Below, one piece after another: positions 33,263 to 45,630 of a stretch of DNA of 64,000 nt. Below the pieces are notes generated by a model. The model did no database searches. It was given only the letters and a program-made list of their open reading frames with translations, and was not told the DNA's origin. How positions within the stretch are numbered: position 1 is the stretch's first letter; each line of letters starts with the position of its first letter. The DNA comes from Lytechinus pictus. Taxonomy: Eukaryota. The DNA is taken from NCBI RefSeq assembly GCF_037042905.1, contig NC_087257.1, forward strand, positions 11,036,001-11,100,000. The letters run 5' to 3'. Both the position numbers and the translations under genes were made by a program.

Positions 33263-36200
33263 TATAACTACCCAATTATGGGTGAGAATGGCAAAGTGTG
33301 GATTGACGCCTTGCCAAGGACACTGGGCCATGGTGGAATTCGAACACACAACCCTCTGATTACAAGGCGAGAGTCAGAACCGCTACACCATGACACTTCC
33401 ACACATTATCCCGTTCTTCAATCCCCCCAGGAAAAAAAAACATAGTAAGAGTAAGGCAATGCAAGTACATCATGTAGAAAAGTGTATCATTCGCCCATGC
33501 GCTGATCTTGCCTTTGCAAGAAATTTCCTATGTATCTCCCTAATCTCTCTCTTTTTAATATTCTCCAAGTCCATATAGCAGACATATTCTTGGCTTCAAT
33601 GCTAAACATGCAATTTACGAACGATAACAATGCTGCAGTAATATCTCGGTAGGCCTATAATGAAAAAATATTTCAACCGCACTTCGCAATTTTGACATCT
33701 CTCGGGTACGGTAATTGGGAAAAAAGTGGCCTTGAAAATAATTGCGAGTGTATATAATATCATATCAGTTGAAAAGGTCTTGAAGATGTAGGTTTTTTCA
33801 ATACATATCTTCCAAAATATCAGCTTCTGTAACATGTGTCTATCTTATTCATTATTTTATTCCTCTTTTTCATTCCTAGACTTGAATCTGTGCCATCCCT
33901 TTGCATGTACGTGACTAAATTACGGCAACCTTGCTTTAGCCGCTGCTTGCGACGAAAACATGTTCATATGCTTCCCTCGCACCTCGACAAAAGAAATAAA
34001 ATTGCGATGAAAGAATGTCTTACCCTGACATTCTAATCACGAAGTCGTAAGCCTTTCTTTAAACAGCGGAGCTTCCTTATAAATCTAGATTCAACGCTAA
34101 TATATAGGTCTGAAAATAACCGTTTATTGCGAATGTTTTCTTTTGTTCAACATTCCCAGACGGCTGGTATTTAGCACTTGGGAAAATAAAGAGAGCTTGG
34201 GAAATAGGGTCGGTTCGTACTTGGAGAAATCTAATTAAGAAAAGGATAACTTTGGATACGAAATGAAGGACAAAGGATTACAGTGATAGAAAATAAAAAT
34301 AATTGGATTACATTCGTAAGCATGTTTCTATTGAAATCAACAGTTGATGAGATATCGTAGAACAATTGCGGAAATAATCTTATGGCGGAGAACAAAGAAA
34401 ATGTGGATGGAAAGACATTACTCAACATGAAAAAAAAAACGATCCGATATTAGAAACAAAATGAATTTCAAAATTAAACCAGGATCGGTGGCAGGGTAGG
34501 CCTCTTCTTAAATCATCAAGTTGCCACCCCCTTCTCCCCCCCCCCCTCCCTACATCCATCGTGATATCCTCCCCCATACATCCTATGGCCTTGATAATCG
34601 CGTAAAGACATCGAAGAGATGTCGTAGATCGGACCTCACGGCATTCGCTTTCTCATCGATAGCCATTATGATGAAAACGATACGCCCTCAGTGAGATTTC
34701 GCGCTATTTTCTTTTTTGCAGGAGATATTATTTACGGCTCATGTTAGATTAATGCGTCCCATGTAGGCACGTGATGCCTACATCTTTATATCTACGGTTT
34801 GAAATCCAAAACCATATCTTGTATGCTCCCAGACGAACCGAAGTTTTACCGATGTAAGGTCCGTAGAAAGTATGCATTTAATTTTCTTTTTGAATAATAA
34901 GGCTAATTTTATTGTGCAAGTATGATCATGAGAAGATGCCCATGGGGCAGTAAAGAAAGTTCATGGAAACGCATCTATGAGGGGTAAGATTGATATATGC
35001 TTGAAAGGTAGAGAAGCTTGTCTGAATAACTAGGTTTTTAGAATTAATTATTGGGAATTATTATTTCGTAATGGTAATGGAGATAGCAAGATGGTTTATT
35101 TTCATTCATTTGGGGCATTATTGGTATCGATTGACAGATGTTCACTCTATATACTTATATACCTTGTATACTCTTATTTATTTTTTATTTATTTGTTTAT
35201 TTTTTATTCATTTATTTTATTTCCAGGCAGGATAATAACAAACATGAAAGATAGATAGGGACATTACAAGAGAAATAAAATTGCGCACCAGCCAATTCTT
35301 TATAAGCGAGTTTTTGCAATTGCAACAAGAACCAATTCTAGACCATTGTAAAGGTATTGAAAATGTCTGCCGAATTACAATGGACAGTATTGTTGAGAGG
35401 TCTTTGTCGAAAATTGGTGAACCGGGACCAGAGATTGTCTTAAGATTTGAAAGAAGCAAAAGGGGCTTAAAACTCAAATTCTGCAGGATTAAAATCTGAT
35501 CAAAGTATTCTGAAGTAGGCCTAGGGCAGATAATGGATGATTTTAAGTTTTTCTTCAAGAATTATAAGAAAATCTAGATCAAGACATTTTGATTAATCGA
35601 AGTAGTTTTATTTGCAATGCAAACTGGTTCATTATATCCGAGCTTTAAACCTGCTGTAAAAACAAATTAATTTTCTCATTGTATGATAGAGCACAATTTT
35701 GATTTTTTTTTCAAAAAATATTCTTAAGAAATTACACTTACCTTCGTTAGATAAGAAATAAGTATTGCAGTTTCATTCCATAACGGAATAAAGGTTACGA
35801 CTCTCGTCTTTCATTCCGAGTGACGTGGGTTCGAATCCCAGCCGTGGTGTCTTTTCCTTCAGCAAGAAGTTTATGCACATAGGTGATGTGAATGGGTACC
35901 CTTGTAGGATATACTCCTTTATTGCATTGAGCTCTGGAAGGCAGCTCGAGCTAAAGCCTTTGTAATGATAATAAGAATAATAATAACAACTATAACAAAG
36001 AGCCTCGGAATAGATTATTTTTTTAGAAAGATGGCGCTATATAAATGCCTATTATTATCATTATTGTTATAATTATTGTTATCATTATTATTGTTATTAT
36101 TATCAAAACAATTATTAAAATACTAATTGTAATATTCAACAAATAGACGGATGTATGATGCTTATCTTCCTTAATTATATAATGAGTCTTGCAGTTTCAT

Positions 36201-37149
36201 TCCATAAGGGGATATAAACAAAATTAATGCCGAAACACTCACTGAAATATTCAACAAAAAGACGGGTGTATGCTGCTTATCTCCCGTAGATATGAAATGA
36301 TTAGTGCAGTTTCATTCCTAAGTGATAGAATTAAATGCTGAAGTTCTTATTGTAATATTCAACAAATAGACGGATGTACAAGTAGTACGACTAACATAAT
36401 TATACCCCTTTCCCGAGAAAAAGAGGAAAAGTGGCTGCAAAATTGTGCAGAATTGAAAATAAATTTGATTTTGTAGGATTTTCTATGATTTCTTATCAAT
36501 GTCCTTTCTCAAGGGGGAGAAAGTGAATGTTCTTCAGATTATACTGAAACAGAAAAAGAGATTTTGTGAGAGAGGAGGGAAATATGGGGGGGGGGGGGTT
36601 GTGGGAGAAGAAAGGCCAATTCATAATCGGTTGCGTATTGTTGTGAAGATTACTATAATAGGGAAAATATTCAATAAGGCTTCATTCTACCATGTCAGAT
36701 GCGGGTTAACGTTAGGGTTTTGGCGGCAGTGTTTTTTTTTCTTTGACAGTTTAATTTATTCAATGTTCAAACGGCATACAAAACTACATAGCTCATAGAT
36801 CATAATAATATTCATCAAAGGCAGACGGTCTTCGTGGAATTCCTCAGGCCTAGCAGGCGTGCTTTTCCTGTAAATTGTTGGAATTTTCATCAGGGGAAAA
36901 TAAAGCACCCAGGAGGCAACGAGATAATGCATCCCATTGCCAGCCATCCCAAATCACGCTGATCACACATTCGCTCTTGCCATTTTCGATTATTCCATTT
37001 CGTAAATTGCAGGAATTCGAAGCAAGAGATATATACACCTTTAAACACACCAGGATGGGTTTATACAATGCTTGATTGAAAATTTCAGATGGAACATCCA
37101 TATTATAAATCAAATCCTGCTGCGGAAGTTTTTTGGCAAATAAAACCTG

Positions 37150-37300
37150 AAACTTATTATTATTGATATTATTATTGTTCTTGTTGTTGTTATTATTATT
37201 ATTATTATTGTTATTATTATTAGTGATAATATTATTACTATTATCATCATCATCAGTTGTATCATCATTATTATTGTCATTATCATCATTATTGTTATTG
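37150..37300. repeat. (ATT/ATC)n microsatellite
   Basis: Seen directly. Confidence 0.9.
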
Positions 37301-38273
37301 TAAGTATATTCCCAAGCAAACCTTTTTTCCAACTCAGTGGTAAGTCCGGGTGGGAGCGCAAGGGACACACGCCCCCTTCATCTGTTTCGAGAATTGTCCA
37401 TTGAACAAACATACAAAAAAAGTAAATCTTAGAAGATTGTCATTTGTACCCACTGGAATTGCACCCCCCCCCCTCCCCCTCACCCTCCTGGACCGCCGTT
37501 CACGCTCATTAACATCAATGCGGGTGTGACTCCGTCTGGTAAATGGTTTAATATCTTCATAAGATGACAGATCATAACACCATCCGGGTTTTTAATTGCT
37601 CCATTTGACAGTGCATAAACCGATGTCGTGAATATTGGCCCCCGGGGGGGGGGGGGTACTCAACTCATTTTTACAAATTTAGGCTGCATTTACGCATCCT
37701 GACGTAGGCCTACGTGTGCACAACCGCTTCTTCACTTTCAGAAAATATCAAATTCACAAACTTCAGACGATCTGATATACTTATTGTATCTGCGTATGAG
37801 TACTAAAGCATTTGGACGTGTTATTCTTTTTTCTTTGAGCGCCTGATTGCTTTAACATTGATAATGTCGCTTAAATGGGATACCCATCAAAGGGTCGTTG
37901 GAACAGGGGAGCGCTTCATCAACATTTATGCCCGACAAGCTGTCAGATTTGACAACTTTCCTTGATTTTGATTGGCTGGAAGGCACAGTCCCTATGGTAA
38001 CGGTCGGATAAAACAAGACTTATCAGATAAAACGTCCGACAAGACCTTTCATGAAATATGCTCCCCAGAATTTGTCCTTACGCTTATCCCCGATCGGGTC
38101 GTTGCTTATGTCAGTGAGTGGTTGTATAATCATAGCAGTTATATCTCGTCATATGAATTATACAATCAGTTTATGCTTTAGAAAAGAGAATAAGACAAAT
38201 TAGACAAACAATGCCGGACAATATAACCTATAAGGATATTGCACAATGTTGATGTAATGTTCTTTGTATTGAA

Positions 38274-38444
38274 CAGGGGCCGCGGAACGGTTTTCAAAGT
38301 GGGGGGGCTGAGCAAAAAGTGAGGGGGCTGACCATACTAAAAATCACAATCATATGGTCCTTTTTACGTTTTTGTACACGGTTTTGGAAAAAAGTGGGGG
38401 GCTGAAGCCCCCCCCCCCCAGCCCCCTCGGTTCCGCGGCCCCTG
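38274..38444. mobile_element. Short MITE with a 5-bp flanking direct repeat
   Basis: ttgaa|caggggccgcggaac ... gttccgcggcccctg|ttgaa. Confidence 0.75.
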
Positions 38445-38661
38445 TTGAAGACATAATGACTAAAAGTTAACGCCCTAAATCAAATACAATCATATACGCG
38501 TTAAATGTATAATATTCAGCTATCATAGCAGTATGAGCGTAATTTTGGCATACGTAGTGAAGAACAATAAAGATAATGAAATATCTTAGCCGGAATTGGT
38601 AATAAAATTATGAAATATACGTATCAATCTAATAATCTAAACAATTATTTAAAACAAACTC

Positions 38662-38861
38662 TACACTCTTAATTTCAAGGATTTAAAATAAATGCAGATC
38701 GGCTGTGAATATATTATGACCAGTCGAATATTAGATTTATAGATTTAAACGTTGTTGATTTAATTGAAAAAAATAATTAAATCTCTTTAGATTTAAAAGT
38801 TAATCCTTTAGATTTAAATCAAATTAATTCATTTTTAAAAATCCTTGGAATTTAGAGTGTA
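38662..38861. mobile_element. AT-rich MITE
   Basis: tacactcttaatttcaaggattt / aaatccttggaatttagagtgta. Confidence 0.7.
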
Positions 38862-38896
38862 ATTTATTCTTGGATTGTATTGAGAATGGTATTCAT

Positions 38897-39058
38897 CTGG
38901 GGAGCGTTTCATGAAAGGACTTGTCAGACGTTTTACCCGACAAGTCCTATTTTATCCGACAGTTACCATAATAACATTGCTTATCAGCCAATCAAAATCA
39001 AGGAAAGATGTCAGATCTGACAAGTTGTCGGACAAAAATGTTGATGAAACGCTCCCCT
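38897..39058. mobile_element. MITE of the 'ggggagcgtttcat' family
   Basis: ggggagcgtttcat ... atgaaacgctcccc; opposite-orientation copy at ~37905-38068, fragments at ~2135-2212 and ~16320-16470. Confidence 0.75.
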
Positions 39059-39255
39059 AGTGGCAACTTTTCTTTCCACTTTTCATCTTGTTGCGCCAAT
39101 TTGAAACCAGTGGAAATAATTTCACATTATCTCCAAGCAAAGCTCTCCACACTGCCTGAAATCACATAACACATAATTCTCCGCTATTGTGTTCACTATT
39201 ATGCGCTCGCTTTGGAAAACGCATCTCTCGCCCTCCTCTGCAGCTCATATCGCCG

Positions 39256-39292
39256 TATAAAGGCGTCGCACTTTCCTGACTCGCGACCATTC
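39256..39292 (+). promoter_or_regulatory. Candidate TATA box and initiator of an unidentified gene
   Basis: TATAAAG at 39256 in a locally GC/CpG-rich patch, CCATTC about 31-36 nt downstream, CCAAT near 39096. Confidence 0.35.
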
Positions 39293-40310
39293 ACCGGCGA
39301 ACCCACTCGGAATCAATACTTGATGCTGCTCCGACTCCAGTGCACAGCTGTGGAAGGATTATTACTTTAAACCTGTCCTAATCAGCCAGCTTTCCTCTTC
39401 ATGATACCCGGCTTTTTTCAGTCTTTGCAAAGATATTTTAAAACAGACAATACAATATCGAGGGCTCAATACCGAGGGCTGTCAGGATTTTATCAATCAA
39501 TTGAAAAGGGGCGTTAAACTTTAGGGGGAAAAACCCACCTGCCATGCAGAATCGAAGCTGAGTGTTGGAGTTTAGATCGATGATAGCAATGTAATACGTT
39601 TGCATCATTTCCACTTTTGTTTGTATATACGTCTACAGAGGCAATTATTCGATCACATAACAACAAAAAATAGTTGATATCTCTTCTTGTCATTGTATTC
39701 AGCATTTATATCAAGAGAAAAAAACCATTTCATTACGTTTTAAGAGTGAAGCTGTATTCATTCATCGGGCATTGTCGAGTAAAGCTGTTCCTCAATCTGA
39801 CTTACACTGAATTTTGGAGCCGAGAAATGTCCACTCCTCGAATAATCTTCATCTTGCGTGTGTTTATATTTATCTATACCGAGCGAGATGCACCGCTGAA
39901 GTGAATGTGATTTTTTTAAAGACTATATACTCTGAGGATCAACTCCTTGTTGGATTTTAAGCGGATTGTTGACGAACAGCGGTAGAGCTCTAACCCTTAA
40001 TCCCCTGCATTGATCTCTAGGACCTTCAACACCATTCAATTTAACCATCTCCTGCCAAAAAGAAAGGGAAGCGCCAGGAGATTCTGATGACAACGCGCCT
40101 TTGGGGCGTTTTAGAAAAGTCAAAGCGCCCTTTCTCGCTGTTTATTCATTTAGGAATTCTTTGGGAAAACTTGTAGTGCTTATATTCACTCTAGCCTGTA
40201 TCAGCACGCGCCAAAGACGACTTTCTCCTGAGTGACTGTTATCACTAAGCCAATCTTTCACTTTATCTGTTACTATTTGGATTGTGTGAGGATTTGAATA
40301 CATTTCCATC

Positions 40311-40344
40311 ATGAAACCACCGGCACTACTCGGTCCTTTCATTG
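40311..40344 (+). CDS. Putative first coding exon of an unidentified gene (MKPPALLGPFI, phase-1 donor)
   Basis: ccatcATG start, 11 codons plus G, consensus donor G|gtaagt, preceded by about 1 kb of repeat-free sequence. No downstream exon identified. Confidence 0.4.
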
Positions 40345-41588
40345 GTAAGTGAGATGTTTACATTACAGATGATGAATTTTGTATTTGTAGAGTATGATAA
40401 AGTGGCGCCGATGCATTTCATAATTGATATAGATAAATGTTCTGTAGTTTGATTTAAACATACATTATGTGTGAATATTTCAGGAACCTAACAAGCCAAG
40501 GAAAGAACAAACAATCATGTTGAATATTCTGAAAAAAATTGCTGAATTGAGCTATTATTTCTTTACTTTATTTTTTCAGTTTCATTTTATCATATCAACT
40601 TTTTATTTTGGAGAAAAAAAAAATCCATAATGAATGCAAAAAGAGAGGCAGCGAAATAATGATGCTAATTGATTGTGTGGGGGTGGTGCAGCGTACATGG
40701 GATATTTACTGATAGTAGACACCCAGTTGTAAAATAAGGAAATAAATTTAGGAAATGATAAATTGTGGAAAACAGAATTTCAATTACAATTTAAGTAAAC
40801 ATTTTATTTTTCTCTCAATTAAAATTTTTCTTACAAAATCAAGAATTAATTTAATACTTGTCAAGGGGCATCTATGCTCAACAAAAAAAACTTAACATGC
40901 TGTCAACTTTTCATATAACCTTAAACTGCAAATATCCTTAGTAGCATTGAAAGATATATATACACAGTATACCACGAGGGTAATAATGTGTCCAACCAGT
41001 TTGGAGAAGTATTATACCAAATGCGGGAAGCATATTGTCCAGTACGGTAAAAAAAAAAAAACTGCAATTACTTTAGAATGGGCAAAATGTTCATCACACT
41101 GGATAAATAAAAATGCCCCAAAGAAATGCCCAATGTTGGTTGGACAAATAATTACCCTCATGAAGCATTTTTTCCCAATATTGTTTAGGGTGTATGTAGA
41201 GGACACAATTACCCTAATATAGGACATGGATGACATATAATACTATCATGGCTGTTAACATTACCAATGTTTAAAACCCTGCACGCAACAGATGTCAGAT
41301 CCATCGAGCCCTAGGCACCGATCTCGACGGCATCTCAACCTTCCAGCCCCTGATATGAACCTGGCCTTTGAATGCAAATATTATTATAATCGATATGATT
41401 TATGCATCCACAGTGCTCATGGTGACAGTTTTTAACTCTCTTATTGTTGACGATAGCAGCTTCCTCGTCCCTGCTTTCGCAGGTCTGCTACAAATTTAAA
41501 GGGTGACAAGAAATGTGGTTTGAAAAAGAAAAATTGATTGAGATGTCACAAGCAAAGCAATGAAAATTTTATCGAAATAGATTGAAAG

Positions 41589-41870
41589 CAGTGGCATACA
41601 TATGGGGAGGGGCTGGGAGTGCTTGCCCCCCCCCCAAAAAAAAAAAAATAAAATAACGACCAAGAAAAAAACGAAAAGGAAAGAAAAGGTGAGAGAGACG
41701 GGTTAAGTTTTTTTTCTGAATATCATGTCAAAATCTATCACAAAATGGAATTTTTGTAATAAAAATGTCGAAATTTTTTCTCACTCGCTTCGCTCACTAG
41801 CATCATTTTATAAATTTTGCCTCATACGCCATATCTCGCCCCTAAAATTTCATGGTTCATTGCGCTACTG
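41589..41870. mobile_element. hAT-like MITE
   Basis: cagtggc ... gctactg ends with an imperfect 8-bp flanking repeat attgaaag / agtgaaag. Confidence 0.55.
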
Positions 41871-43484
41871 AGTGAAAGGGAATAATAGTAATTTTTAGGT
41901 TTAGCAGTACTAAAGGGGCAGGTTAACCCTGATTTTTTTTTTGTTATAGTGTACTAACCTGAAAACGCAACAAATAAAGGAAATTTTGTAATTTCTTATT
42001 AGAACTTATGAATGCATTCTCTCTTCTTTTTATACGGGGATGTCCTTTCACTAAAAAGTATACAAAGGGGTCCTGTCTGTACAGATTAAAGTTCTAAGTT
42101 AAAAAAAAAACCTGTATAACCTGACGAAATATCTAATATTGACAAATAAAAGGTAAATAATAATGAATAAGACTGTGAATTATTGTGTAATGTACACGCA
42201 TACAAATTATTGATTTAAAATAAAATAGTGGGGAGTTTGCAGCTTAACGGGTAGAAACAGAAACTAGGTTCCCGGTATTGTTAACAAAATTGGAGTTTTG
42301 CAGCATAACGGATAGAAAAAGAAAGTCATTTCTCAGAATCGTGAAAAAATAGGAGGGAGTTAGCAGCGTATTAAACGGTTAGGATCAGAAACTCAGAGTC
42401 AGTTCTCCGAATGATTACAGTTTTCAAATATGAAGGCATTAGATTGGCTATTTAGAGGGCGTCGTGGTCTAGTGGTTATGACTCGGCTTTCTATCTGAAG
42501 GACGTGGGTCCGATTCCGTGCCATGGCGTGTTTTCCTTCAGCAATAAATTTATCCACATTGTGCTGCACTCAACCCAGGTGAGGTGAATGGGAAGGAATT
42601 CGCCGCTTGGATTTACGCCAGTGCGCACGATCGGTGATCTGTTCTTCTGTGAAGGGAAATACTTTTTAACACATTGTTCAGGAGCCCGTGCGTAAAAGTA
42701 ATGTTTGTGTTAACTACACCATCCAATACAATAATAGCACCAATGCTTACTATCCAATCTCAACCAAGGATTCTATGTAAGATACCATGGGATGGAAACG
42801 TTACTTATAACCATGATAATAGTAACCTCTTCTGTTCTGAAAGCAAAGCACCGACCCGAGTTTTCACATTTTTGAGTTTGGTGTGAAGTAGCTGAATTAT
42901 CAAGTTGTACACAGTTGGGATTAAACAGAACTTGTAAATGGTTTGAACTTGAAAAGGGTAGTTATTAAAAAGCACATGGCAGTCCACGATTGGAATTTAC
43001 ATTTCATATCAAAACACAGCAAATAGGCCTAATCACTGCCCTCCCCCTTCTTTACAATAAAAATTCTCCTTTCACCATCAGCATGGAACTAGGGCTGACG
43101 TCTGTATTAAAAAAATAAAAATTGGTTTAGCAGAAATAAGATTGAGGCCTGACCGGCATGGAATCCATAATCAAATAGAACATCGTTTTGTTTTATGAGT
43201 ATGAGTGTATTCTGTCTTGCACGTCGCATTACTCACTTAACCTAGTAGATACCTCACAATTTAATAAAACTGTCAAAATCCTTTGACATCTCAAATCTAG
43301 TTTCAAGCTCCTTAATGTCAAGATCAGCAAAAGTCAAGGAAACCTCATATTTCGGGAGGAAATGTCATAACAGAAAAATGTATGAAATATAGTTCCTGAT
43401 TTTTTTGTTTTTGTTGAATATTAGCACACTGTTTTTTGTAATTAAATTGCGGAAGGCACTCCTTGCTAGAAAGAAAAGTATATA

Positions 43485-43735
43485 TTCACAGTGTGTTCAC
43501 ATTGTATTCAGTGTGTGTTCACAGTATTTTCACAGTATGTTCAAAATGTGTTCACAGTGTGTTCATAGCGTGTCCAAATTATGTTCACTCTGTTCACAGT
43601 GTTTTCACAGTATATTCACATTGTGTTCAAAATGTGCTCAGAATGTGTTCATAATATGTTTACAGTGTGTTCAAAGTGTGTTCACAGTGTATTCAAAGTG
43701 TAATCAAAGTGTGTCTACAGTGTGTTCACAAAGTG
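43485..43735. repeat. 11-bp minisatellite (consensus cacagtgtgtt)
   Basis: About 20 degenerate tandem units. Confidence 0.85.
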
Positions 43736-44559
43736 GACAATGTGAAAATGTGATTCACACTATTAGAATACTTAAATTTAAGAACGTCAATACAATTTCT
43801 TACCGTGTGAGTTTCTTAGTGTTGATTTTTCCAGAGTGTGTTCACACTGTGGACTATATGGAAATGTGATTCATACTGTTTAAATTTTCAAATTGTATAG
43901 TGTAACGGTGATTTCACACTGAATTTGGACACACTATATGAAACCGTGTTCTTTTCTTCAGCGTTTGTACGGCGACATTGGCAACTCTTCTTCAAATCCT
44001 TTCAATTCCTGAATATCATAAAGTTTATACGCACCAATGGACTATCATGGCTTAGGAGAAGAGTGTAATATCACCGTGATTATAGCCATACATGGATATA
44101 AATCAGTTTCCCTCAAGAGCCATTGCCATTATCATGAAGCATGCAAATAAAATGTACTAACCACTGAAATGTAATGACTCTCTAGCCACATATAACAGTC
44201 TCAGCGTGTTTGTATCCAGTTTCTGCGTGTGGTTTTTGCGTTTCTCGATGGAGGAAGAAGACACTTTTATTTTCCTTTTCTTCATTTTTCTTTCACGACT
44301 CTCTCACACTTTATTCCTACATTCGTCTTATTTGCCTGACTTAACTGCATTACAGGCTTACACCTCAGTCGACACACACCCACAAATGCTAACACACACA
44401 TAGTCGCAATATAGGATCGCCCTCTCTTGCTCTCTCGCTCTTTTTCCTCGTCTCTCAATCTTTCTTCCCCTCTCACCTGAGACACTTCTTATGTGAGATG
44501 GGAAGTAACATCTTTCCAACAAATGTAATATTACACCCCACCCTCCCTAAAGTCGCACA

Positions 44560-45630
44560 CACACACCCACCCACACGCCGTAAACACTTTATGAACACTT
44601 AACCCTCTACACCCATCCCACAACACCCAGTCTCTTTCTCTCAACATGGGTCCATGGTCTTATCCACGCCTCTACACACACCCACACAAAAGAACACACC
44701 CACATCAGCTGCATCGCACACACGTACTTACCCACATGCCCCTAAACACTTTATCAACGCCTAACCCTCTACACCCATCCCACAGCCCCACTCTTTTTCT
44801 CTCAACATGGTTCCATGCTCTCACACACGCCTCTACACACACCCACATCAGCTGCATCGCACACACGTACTTACCCACACGCCCTTTAACACTTTATCAA
44901 CACCTTACCCTCTACACCCATCCCACAGCCCCCACTCTCTTTCTCCCAACATGGGTCCATGTGGTCACCCACCCGTCTACACACACCCACACAAAAGAAC
45001 ACACCCACATCAGCTGCATCGCACACACGTACTTACCCACATGCCCCTAAACACTTTATCAACGCCTAACCCTCTACACCCATCCCACAGCCCCACTTTT
45101 TTTCTCTCAACATGGTTCCATGTTCTCACACACGCCTCTACACACAGCCACATCAGCTGCATCGCACATACGTACTTACCCACACGCCCTTTAACACTTT
45201 ATCAACACCTTACCCTCTACACCCATCCCACAGCCCCCAATCTCTTTCTCCCAACATGGGTCCATGCTCTCACCCACGCCTCAGCATACACCCACATCAG
45301 CTGCATCGCACACACGTTCTTACCCACACGCCCGTAAACACTTTAACAACGCCTAACCCTCTACACCCATCCCAAAGCCCCCACTCTCTTTCTCTCAACA
45401 TGGGTCCATGCTCTCACCCGCGCGTTTACACACACCCACACCAAAGAACACACCCACATCAGCTGCATCGCACACACGTACTTACCAACACGCCCTTAAA
45501 CACTTTATCAACACCTAACCCTCTACACCCATCCCACAACCCCCACTCTCTTTCTCTCAACATGGGTCCATGCTCTCACCCACGCCTCGACACACACCCA
45601 CATCAGCTGCATCGCACACACGTCCTTACT
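44560..45630. repeat. Tandem repeat, about 7 units of 140-160 bp, strongly C/A-rich on +
   Basis: Recurrent cacatcagctgcatcgcacacacgtacttacc and aaccctctacacccatcccaca motifs. Confidence 0.9.

Noticed and set aside
36850-37412. Asn/Asp-rich 172-aa ORF
   Set aside because: Produced by an (ATT)n microsatellite.
39985-40000. CTAACCCT as a telomerase-RNA template
   Set aside because: A short match that also occurs in the 44.6-45.6 kb array; no pseudoknot or H/ACA domain evident.
43405-43869. Cys-rich 154-aa ORF resembling zinc fingers
   Set aside because: Translation of an 11-bp minisatellite.
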